Source: an uncultured Clostridia bacterium
GTDB lineage: Bacteria > Bacillota > Clostridia > Christensenellales > UBA1242
Assembly: GCA_944376785.1 (NCBI GenBank)
Contig: CALWDV010000001.1
Location: forward strand, 1 to 38,910
Direction of reading: 5' to 3'
DNA length: 38,910 nucleotides
How positions within the stretch are numbered: position 1 is the stretch's first letter; each line of letters opens with the position of its first letter. Of the stretch, positions 19,901 through 31,900 are shown in pieces. The notes under the pieces are model-generated. The model was not told the origin of the DNA. It made no database searches and saw nothing but the letters and a program-made list of their open reading frames with translations. Made by a program: the position numbers and the translations under genes.

Positions 19901-22900
19901 AAACTTGTCATCATTCCAACAAGTCCACCAAATGCCAATGTTTTATTAACATCATTTTCAAGTTTAGAAATATCACCAATTTTATTAATGTTAATTAAAA
20001 CTTTATCATTTCTATCTGATAAATCTTTACTTACCACACCATTTTTAAATTGTAAATCATAAGTTCCACAATCTTTTATTGTGCCCAAAGCAGAAAAACC
20101 AACAAGTCCACCCACTGTTCCTGCACCAGATGTTGTTATGGTTGCACCATTAGTTATGTTGCTATTGGTTGCATTAATATAGCCAGTTACAATATTAACA
20201 TTTTCAATTTTAGTGCTCATTGTTGCATAACCAACTAATGAACCAATAAACAATGCACCTTGTTCAGTTTCATCAATGTCAATGTTAACATTTGATAAAT
20301 TAAAGTTTTTAAATTCTGCTTCTGATGCATAACCAACTAAGCCAACATATGTGCTTAACGCATTGTTAATTGTTAAATTATAAATTGTGTATTGATTGTC
20401 ACCATTAGAATGCAAACTTCCTTTAAATGGAATTGCTCTGGTTCCAACAGCTTCCCAAGGAATAACTCTTTGTTGTTCGTCCTTATTTTCTGCCAAGTCA
20501 ATGTCGTTCATTAAAATAAACTCAGCATTAGTATAAGTTGACATTAATTTTAAATCTTCATAAGTTCTAACTTCAATTCTTGTTTTTTCAGGTTTTGCTT
20601 CAAGATATGGGAAAACTGTGTTTTGATCGGCAGCAGTTTCTTTTCTAACACCTGTCCAACGATTTACATTCCATGTGTCAAACACTGGACTTCTGTAAAT
20701 ATCACTAGAAGAAGCAACTGTTTGATTATTAACAAATTTGTCACCCATACTTACTGCTTCTGTTGAAATAACATCTAATGTTGTAATAATTTCTTTAAGT
20801 GTTCTTGAAGATCCAATATTTTGCAATCTGCTATATTGATAGTAAACTTTTGCTGCTTCATCTGGGTTGGTTGTTGTTGAACCATCTTCCTTAATATATT
20901 GACCCTGATTGTTTTTCTTTGCTTCTTCAACATAACCAGAAAGCCCTGTTGGTTTGTACATTAATGTTGTAGTACTTTCGAATGTATCACCAGTGCTGTT
21001 TGTTGTGTTAGTAAATCTAACATCATCAACAATATATCTTTGATTTGTTGTGTATAAGAAATTACTGTTGAATGCACCAATTTCAGGCATTACTTCATAA
21101 AGTTTTTTAAATTCGTTATAGTCGGTTTCATTCATATTTAATTGTTCTTTTGTTGGAACAAGTAAATTTGAAACTGTAATTTTAGGTTGAACAAAGAAGT
21201 TTGTTTCACCTTTTCTTCTTTCATTTAATAGTCCAGAAGAACTTAAAGTGTTTGAAAGAGTTAATGCATTTCCTGTTTCACCAGTAACAACAACACCAAT
21301 CATTGCACCAATGCTTAAATTATTGTTTGCATTGTATGTTAAAATTCTGTCAGTTTCTAAATCTTCACTACGCCAAACGTTAGCTGCAACAACACCAACA
21401 AAATTTGTTGTTCTGCTTTCTATGTTTGACATATTAGATTTTGTTGGTTCAATGTATATGTAACTTCCAAAAATATCATTTTTAAATTCGGTTACATTTG
21501 ATGTTTCCATAAATGGATTAACTGTTTGTAATCCAACAAAGCCACCAGAAGCTTTAAATCCTGATACTGAACCAGTGGTATAGCAGAAATTATATTGTCC
21601 ACCAACACTTAATCCAACAAAGCCACCAGCATACATACTATCTAAGTTAATAACATTAATTTTTGAATAAGAATTTTTAACAACACCACCATTGTTAAAG
21701 CCAATTACACCACCAATATAGTGAGCATTTCCTTTAAACAAACCATTATAGTTTAAGTTGCTATTATTAACAGTTGGGTTTGTTGCTGATGTGCTAACAG
21801 CTGTTTTATAAGATTCATCAATTTGTTTTTGAAGAGTTGAAGAATGTTCAATGTAACTTCTATCAATTTCTCCACGGTTTTCACCAACTAGTCCACCTGT
21901 TATTCTGCTTCCAATAAGTTCTGGTGTTGCACGCTCTTCAACAATAAATGTTAAATCACTAGCTGTTGATTCATCACCATTTAATCCAAAAATACCACCA
22001 ACAATTTCACCAATTAATGAAACACTGCCTTGAATTGTTAGTTTTCTTGCTTTTGAGTTGAACAATGATAATGGATTAATATTTTCGTCTTCATCACGTT
22101 CATCAACATCAAAAATTCCTGCAATACCACCAACATATGAAACAGTTTCTGCATTATTGGTTAGGTCACCAATAACTTCTTTGTTATAAATGTCAAATGT
22201 TCCATAAACAGAAGGTAATTGATTTGAATAGTTTGCACTAAATATGTTTGAATTTTTAAAGTATGCGCTTTTTGCACTAACATTACTTGTTATATTAACA
22301 ATTTCACTATCGCCACTAATTATTCCAGCAAGTCCACCAACAATGTTCTTACCTTGAATTACTTCATCACCAGTTATGTTAACGTTAAATACGTTAGCAT
22401 TTTCAATAGAACCAGCTAATGCTCCAACATAAGTTACTTTGCTACCTCTAACTTCTGAAACATTAATGTTTAAATTCCTTACAACACCACGTTGTGAATT
22501 TTCTTTATCAAGTGGTTGAGTAATAATTCTACCAAACAAACCTAAGTGTGTTATGGTTTTACCGGTTTCAGGGTTTTCAAAATCTGTGTCTGAAACAAGT
22601 CGAAGTTCGTTAATGGTCATACCATTACCATCTAAGTCACCATAATAATCCATATTATAGGTTTGAGCAGTTAAATCTGTTTTATTAAATGCAATATCAG
22701 AAATAAATCTAATTGCAAAGTTTCTATCTTTTGCATCAACAGTTGCATCATAATTTAAGTAGTTATTAAAGTTTTCTGCCGATTTTATTAAAAGTGGGTT
22801 GTGAACACTTTCGCCAATAGTGTCAGAAATGTAGTTATAACTATTTTCCTCAGATTCATCTGTACCTGTCCAAACACGAATTGATGTTGTTTTTAAGTTT

Positions 22901-25900
22901 GCAGCAACAAGTTCTGGACGAGAAGAAACATAATAAGTATCTTTAAAGTGAGATTTATATAATATTTGAGATTCTGCATTTGGAATAAACCAAACACTTC
23001 TTGTAATGCTTTCTTCACTGCTTAATTCAAAATCAGTGTTAAATGCATAACCTTGGAAAGTGTTATATTCGCCAAATTGTGAAGCTCCCAAAGATGTTGC
23101 AGGTTCATTTTCATCCAAGAATTCTTCTGCATATGTAATTTCAGCAGTAACTGCATTTTCATCTGAACCAATTTTTAAGTAATGGCAATCTTCAATTCCT
23201 TCTGGATTTGCATTGTTATATTCATAATTTGATGATCTACCAACAAAAGGACTTGATGCCATACTATTAACTTTAACACTACTTAATGAATAACAAGAAC
23301 TAATTGTTCCATGTTCCTTATTATTATAAACAAATCCACTAGTTTGCATTGAACTGTTTACCATAATGTTTGAATAGCTGTTTGAAACAATAGAATCGTT
23401 TTCATAAACAAAACCACTTGCACGAGTTTTTGAACTAATTATTGAGTTCATTGCTCTTAAAGTTGCAACAGATGTTTTATAACCTTCTAAGTTAACACCA
23501 TTGTTAATATAATTGTAACCAGCAAAATCCTTTTTAGCATCTGCGTTTAGTCCAGTTTTATCTGCATAAGGATAATTTGATGTTCCATTGTTTGGATTTG
23601 AGAAGTTTATTCCCTCACCCAATCTACCTTGAACATAAGAATATTGAATTGCTGCATTTGTACCTGAGTTGAAAACAACAAATCCACCAGTTGCTGCTTC
23701 GGCATAGTTTTCTGCAACACGGTTAATAACATTTGCACCTTTAAAATATGATGTGCTAATTTTACCACTGTTGTTTGCAACAAAACCTGCAACATATCCA
23801 ACACCATTAATGGTAATATTTTCAACACTTGAATTTGTAATATAACCTAAAACGTCGGTACCTCTATCAAGGTTAACACCAACAAGCCCTGCCATGTAAT
23901 GAGTTTGAACATCAACAGTTGTTGTGGTTTCAATTCTAACAACTGACAAATCACGACGTGTGGTGTTTTCTTTTGCAATAATTTGCAAATCTCCATTCAA
24001 ATCTAAAACTGGTTGTTGTTGATCATCTTTTACATAATCTTTGTTTGGATAGAATCTTGAAAAATTATCAATTATAAATTTATTTTTATCAAATTCCCAA
24101 ACACCATTAACAACCTTATAATAACCACTATATAATGGGTCATTTGGATAAGCAGATGCAAAGGTTAATTCACGTTCTAGTTTTAACTCACCAGCATCTT
24201 CAACAACTTGAACATTTGTGATAATGCCTTCATTTTCACCAGCTAAAATTCCAAAATTGATGTTTTCATATGCTCTTGCATCAACAACTAAATCTGCATT
24301 TGTATTTGATTCACTTGCAGTTTCAATGCTGTTAGCCCAATTTTTAGGAACAATTTCAATAATTAAATTCTTAATTGTTGTTCCGCTATTAATTTTATCA
24401 AACAAACCAATGTTTTTGTTTGGAATTAATTCTTGACCATCAACATAAGCATCAAGTGCAAAACTTTCAATGGTTATAACATATCCGTTTCCATCTAAAC
24501 TGTTAATTTTTAAATCATCTCTAAATGGAACCCAATCGGTTAAAACTAAGTCGTTAACTAAAATGTAATCAACACCATCTTCCATCTTCATAAAATCTGT
24601 AACATTTTCAATAGGGTCTGGTTTTTCTTCATCTCTTACACGATAGAAACCAAAGCCAAATTCAAATGTTTTTTCATACTTATATGCTGTTACATTTTCA
24701 TATTTTTCTTTGTTTTCGCCAACTAATGCAACAATGCCGTTATCTGTGTAAATATAATTAACAAGTGCTGCTAATGTGTCACCACTATCGAATTTTGTGT
24801 TTTGAACAGAATAAACTAATGCGTTGTTAAATTCTTCTTCTGACTTACTTCCAATAATGAATGTTTTTGAAGAGTTGTAACCCAAACTTAATGTTCCATA
24901 TCTTCTTTCATCTGATTGGTCATATGTTTTGTTAACACTTCTCCAAACCTCAATTTCTCCTTCATAGTAACTTGAAAATTCTTTTTCAAGTTGTGTTATT
25001 TTTTCTTTAACCAAAGTTGAAATTGAAGGGTTATAAGTTGCTTTGGAAATTCTAACAATTAAAGAATATGGTTGATTAAACATTCCAACAAAACTTCCAT
25101 TTTCAACCTTATCAACAGAAATTTCATTAATTACAAAATCTGTAACTTTTAAGGTTAATGAATCTGTGTGAGTTATTGTTTCTCCATTAATTTGTTTTGT
25201 TACCGTTCCAACAATTTTAATATATCTGCTTGTTGGCAAATTAACGTTTGTTGTTATGCTATAACTTCCATTTGATTGTTTAATGTTGAAATCGCTACCA
25301 ATTCCACCTAAACGAACTTCCATTCCGTTTGTGTTTATTCTATAAATGTAACTTTCACTAAAATCAATGCTACCTTCAACGCCATTTAGTGTTGCTGTGA
25401 AAGATTGTTCTGTTCCACGTGCAATAGGTGCTTCTTTATCGCCATTAATTGAAAGTTGCAATGATGGAGGAGTTTGAACATCTAATGTTATTGATGCAGT
25501 TTTAACTACTTCACCATTTTTATATGCTCTTAAAGTAAGTGTGAATGAGTTTGCCTCTGTAACAAAACTATTAACTAATGTGCGAATATAAATGTTTCCA
25601 TCATATCCTGTAACACCATCTTGTGTTTTGTAAGAATTTTTAACTAGTTTTATTCCACTTGTTATTTGATTGTTTGAAACAATTAAAGTTTCATATTTAC
25701 CTGTGTATAAAACTCCACTTTCTGTTTCTTCAATGTTTGCCAACATTTGTTCAAATAGAACAATATCGTTTCCACTTCCAGTTGAAACAATTTCTAAATC
25801 ATCAAAATAAGCAAAATATGGAGAAATATAAACTTTTAAAATTCCAACATTACCTGGAATTAAATTATCATAAGCAATTTCACTTAAATTAACTTCGGTA

Positions 25901-28900
25901 ATTTTGTTTCCATTACTATCTGTTTTTGTGGTTGTTTCACTGTTTGGATAATGTTTTAATTTAATATCAACAATGTCTTGTGGAATTAATGTTACTGGCA
26001 ATGTTGCCATCATATTTAAATCAGCAATACTTGTTACTGAATTTGTAACAAACCCAAAATCATCATAATTAATTTCAGGTGCATTTTCTTTAACAGTAAA
26101 GAACTTAAATGTTCTTGTAAATTCTTCGTTCACATTTAATTTGTTTTCATCTTTAACAATTAAACCAAAATTGTATGTTATGTAGTTTTTATTATTGATT
26201 TCTTGTGGTATTGGATTGTTAACTAATAATGTTAAGTTGCCAATTTGGATTTCAGATTTGTATAAATTAATTATATTGCTTACACTAATTATTTTTTCTG
26301 TTCCAAATTCGTTTGAATAAACAACAAACAATTCTTCACTATCTTTATCAGTTTCAATTTCAATGTTAAATGTTGGAGTTCCATTAACTGGGAATGTAAC
26401 ACTATTTGTGCTTTGTGTTATTTTCCAACTTGATTTTGTTACTTTAACATCAAATTTTGAAATTAATTTACTAATTAAATTAATATAATCACTTTCTGTT
26501 ACAACATCAACATTAGCACTTAAATCTGGAATTTCAAAACCACCAATAATTTTAATGTTGCTTGTTACAACGTCTTGTCCACCACTTTGTTGAGTAATTG
26601 AATATGATTTGTTTAGTTCAATTTCAGAATCTTTTCCACCTTGATTTAATAACAAAACTTTTTCGTTATTAGATACAATGTATGGCACTGCAAATAAGGA
26701 AGCAGTGGATTCTTCTAAACCAACAAAATCGGCTGAGTTACCATATGGAACATCAATATAATAAACATATTCGCCATCTTTAAACTCTTCTGTGAAAGTT
26801 TGATTATTAATTGTAATGTTGAATGGATTATTATTGTCGGCAGTAGCTTCAATTCTTTGTGTGTGATAAATTGAATGATATGGTTTATAATCTTTTGTTT
26901 TTGTTGATAAGTAATAATATCTAACACCACTATTAGCATTTTGTTCTAATTCAAATTCTTTATTTATTGTTGAACCACTAACAAAATTATATGTAGCATC
27001 TAACATTGAATTAATTGGAAGAGTGATTGGGTTTTCATTAGAACTTTTACTAATGTTTATTACTGATCCATATTCAATTGATTTTTTGTTGCCTTGTGAG
27101 AAATAGGTTAAATCTAAACGTTGAGTTGCATTAACAACATTAACTTTAATAGATTTTTGTAGTGTTGTGTTATATGCTGAACTAATTGTTATAGTAGCAC
27201 TACCTGTGCCCTTTGCAACAAATTTGATGTTATTATTTTCATCAAATTCAACAGAAACCACGTTACTATTAGAACTTGAAATTTTAAAACTATTTGCACC
27301 AATAAATGTTGGTTCAGTGGTTAAATTTAATAGTTCACTTATTGAATATGTGTTTAAAGCTTTAATTTCGTTAGATAATGTGCTTGTTAAATTTGCAACT
27401 CTTTCATCTGATAAATTTGCATTATTGTTACCAAAATTAATTTGAGTTCCGTTAGGCACATAATTTGTGTCACTTAAAGAATAGAAATAAATTACACTAG
27501 AAGCATTTTCACCAATTCCAGAAATAAATGTGTCAACATAGTTTTGTTTGTTTTCAACAAATAAATTGGTTGGTGGGAAGTTTGCAAGTAAACTTACTTT
27601 ATATGATTTATCACCAGTTAATTCTAATTTGTTTTCACTTAGTAACACAGGTAAACCATTATTTACTTGATAGTTAAAATACCAATATGTGTTTAATTCA
27701 GCATTTTTAAATTCTTCCATTGATGTGGTGTAATCATTACCAGTGTCGGAATCTAGTAAACCATCAGAGTTTGAATCTAGTTTAATTCCGTAATCATCAA
27801 CTTCTTTTTCAACGCCATAAGCTTTGGTTTGCAATTTTAATGTGTTTAAATCACTTGTTGTGGCATCGTTTGTAACAATAACAGAAATTTCTTCTATTGT
27901 TTTTTCTGTCATCAAACCATCAAAATTGCTACGCATTAATGTTTCCTGATTAACTTTTAAGATGTCTGTGTTAACTGTTAAATAATTAACACCATCAAAT
28001 TCTTTAATTTTAAACACGCCATCATTGTCATAGTATTTATAGGTTATGTTAATGTCTTTTCTTCCTTCGCCAACAAATCCAACAGATTTGTTATTATCGG
28101 TAACAGAATTTTCACCAACAATATAAGAACCATTTAAATCAACAGCTTGATAATAGCTGTGAGAAATGTTGTTAAATGTTGACAAAATGTTATTATAAAC
28201 AAAATCTGAATTACTATAATTTGTGGTGTAAGTTTTAATTTGTGATGCTAAATATTTATATAGTGCATTATTTGAACTATTTTCATATTCACCATAATAA
28301 GCAAATGTTGTTGAAGCATTTAATGCATCACCAACTAAACCACCAGTTGCACTTGTTGCATTGTTTGAATTTGCTGTTACACGATTATATAAAACACCAA
28401 CATAACTGCTATTTGAAATTTGTGTTATGCCATCTGCTTTACCAACTAATCCACCAATACCTGACAAGTGACCTTGAATGCTTGCAAAAACTTGGTTTGC
28501 ATTTAAAACACCATTGGTTAACTTACCAACTAAACCACCAGCAAAATTTCTGTTGTTATTAGAAATTTCTTCTATGTGTGAATTAGCAAGCAAGATATTA
28601 CCATAATATCCACGACCAGTTTCAAGAGTAATGAAAGGGTCAACTATTGATTTTTCTGCATCATTATTATAATTATAAACTGTGTTAAATTGAATTGGAT
28701 TATAGTTTTCAACATTTATTACAGATGTTACAGGGGTTCCTGTGTAGTTAAATGTGTAGAATTGTGTTGTGTCACTAGTTGACATCAAACCAATATATTC
28801 ACCAATTAAACCACCAACATTGTTAAATCCTAAAATTGCAGTGTTATATAATTTAACTTTATCATTTAAATATAAGAACTCAACGCTATTATTGTTAACA

Positions 28901-31900
28901 ACGTTACTTCCATATGAACTTAAACCTTTTGCAATTTGTGTTGAACTATATTTGTTATAGTAATGTTTTGAAACATTTTCATTTTCCATATTAACATTTC
29001 TAAACACGTTATATTCAACATCACTGCTTCCAGTTAATAAATTGTTTTTAGAAATTTTTTGAATGTAGTATGTATCAGGTAAAACATTATCACCTGTTTC
29101 ATCGTAAACGCTTCTAATAAAATCTTTTGCATTATCATCAGCATCGTTTCCAGTGAAATATTGTGTTGCAACTAAGTTCACAAATTCATCATAAGTTAAA
29201 GTTATGCTTTCAAAACTTTCAACCAAAATTTGGAAATCAGAGTTAAAAGCAATTGAGTTTTCCATTGTGAAACCTTGTTCATCAACAGCAGCTTTACCAT
29301 TAACAAAACTATATACATTTGAAGAAACAGTGTTTGTTAAAGTTACAATTGCACTTTCGGTTTTTCCAACAATTCCACCAATGTTGTTATGTCCACGAAG
29401 AAGTGGGAAAGATTTTGTGTTTTGAATTGTTCCAACATTATGTCCAACAACACCACCAATGTTTGACATATAGTTGTCACTTCTGTCATAAACACCAAAA
29501 ATACTTGCTTTTACTTCTAAATTTTCAACAATTCCGTTATTAAATCCAACTGCACCACCAAATGAAGAATTTTGGTTGAAAATTTGTTTGTCGCTTGGCA
29601 AGTGTGCGTTAATTGAAACAAACACATCTGCACTATCGCTACCAAAACTTAATTCGCTAGAATCAGTTTTTGTAATTACTGCACGATTGTTAAATCCTGC
29701 AATACCACCAACATAAGCAATATTGTGAAGTTGTGCATGAACATTAATTTGAGCTGAAACATTAGCATTAACTACTTGTTCATATCTGCTTTCTTCTGGG
29801 TCGTTTGGATTATTTGTTTTTAAATTTAATTCATCAAACGTGTTATTTGAAGTGTTTTTGTTACCTTTTGCACTAATTTCTTCAACATTTTGAACTGTTG
29901 AATCTGTGTTTAAGTTTGCATTATTTAAAAATCCAATTAGTCCACCAACAAAATAATAAGATTGTTCACTAGAATCTGTTTGTGATGTTATATAAATTCC
30001 ACTATCTGGTATTTCAGCAGTGTTTATTGATTGATAATATGTTCCGTTAAATGATTGAACACCACTTAAATCGTTAACTGTAACATTAATAATTTGACCT
30101 TCTGCATAACCAGCAAGAGCACCTGCAAAGAAGTTTCCAGTAACATCATTTAATTCTGTTTTTATTAAGAAATTGTTTATTATTAAATCAGAAATAACAG
30201 AATTAGCACCTAAATAAGCAAATAAACCTTGATATTTCAAGTCACTATCAACAATTTTCATTCCACTTATTGTGTAATAAGATGTTGCTAAAACTTGCCC
30301 ATTAAATTTAATTTCTTGTTTTCCTGACAATGTTCCGTTAAATTGTAAAATATTATTATTAATATAACCAATAGGTGTCCAATTAGATAATGTAATATTG
30401 TTAATTAAAACATAATTTGCATTTAATGCAGAGTTAATTCTTTGCAAATCACTTGCATCTGAAACTTCAAAAGGACTTTGTATTGAACCATCTAGCACTC
30501 TAATTTTAATTTCTTTATATGAACCAATGCTTCCATCAGCACCCACACTATCTAATGCATAAATGGTTAAAATAACATCTTCATTTCCAACAATTTTTGT
30601 TAAGATTTGAACTGTTATTTTTTTGGTTACGTTGTTAATTGAAACCCTAACTGCACTATTATTAATTTTATAACCTAAATCTTTGTAAAGTGCAGTTGTT
30701 GGATAAACAGAGAATGAAATTTCGCGTGTGCAGTTTTCTGTGTTTGTATATATGCTACCATCATAACCTAAATCACGTTCATCATAAACAATTTCGTAAT
30801 ATTGTGTTCCGTTTAAATTATGAGTTTGAACATTTTCAAAAACAAAATTTTCAACTTTTTCTGCTTTATAAACAATAAATCTAACACTTTCAGTTTTTGG
30901 AGATTTTATTGTTGTTCCGTATTCATTTTTATATTCTTGTTGAACTCTTGCAATTATGGTAAATGTTAAACTATTAACACTACCACCAGAAATTTCACAA
31001 CTAACTGTTGCACGTTTAAAGTTTGTTTTAGAAGTTGTTAAAGTAACAATGTTAAATCCTGCATAGAATGTGTATGTTACTTCATCACCATTAACTGATG
31101 GTGAAACAGTAATTTCTGTTCCATTATACTCACAAATCCATTCAATATCTCCATAAGCTAGTGATGCATTGCTTGGTGAAGATGTTAAAATTATTTCATG
31201 AGTTCCATAAGTTGCAATTTGATTTGCACTTAAAGTGTTTTTATCATATAACACAACTTCTTTTGTTGTTGTTGAAAGTTTATCAAGTGGAACAGTTACT
31301 TCAACAATAAAATCAAAGTAAATGGTTTTTTCTTGGTTTCCCAATTCGTCAAAGCCAGTTATTTGAATTGTTACTTGGGAACTACCACCCATATTTTGTG
31401 TTTGAATTTTATAATTTGGTTTAATTTGAACAACACTAGTTGTTGTTGAATTTGCATTATAAATTAAACCAGTACCATTTAAAGATGTGTAATTTTTATT
31501 GTTAATTGTAAAGTTAATTGAAATATTTAAACCATTAGAAACTTTTAATGTTGATAAATTGCCACCCTTGTTATCTGTTGCATTAACTTTTAGTCCAGCA
31601 ACAGTTATATATGAATTTTCAGTTTGCAAACTTTCAAATAAAATTATTTTAAAAGTTACTTGACTTCCATTTTCAGCAATAACATTAATGTAACATTCAC
31701 CAATAACACCTTTTGGACTTAATGCAATTTGTGCTTGTGTTTGTGTTACTGTTACCAAAGCCCCTGCATCACTAACATCATTTTTAACAAGTTCAACTTT
31801 TAATAAATTATAGTTGTATGAAGTAGGTAATCCATTAATTTCAAGTCGGGTTAAAACATCAGGTTTGGTTATGTCAATGTTAACTTCATTTTTTGTTGTA

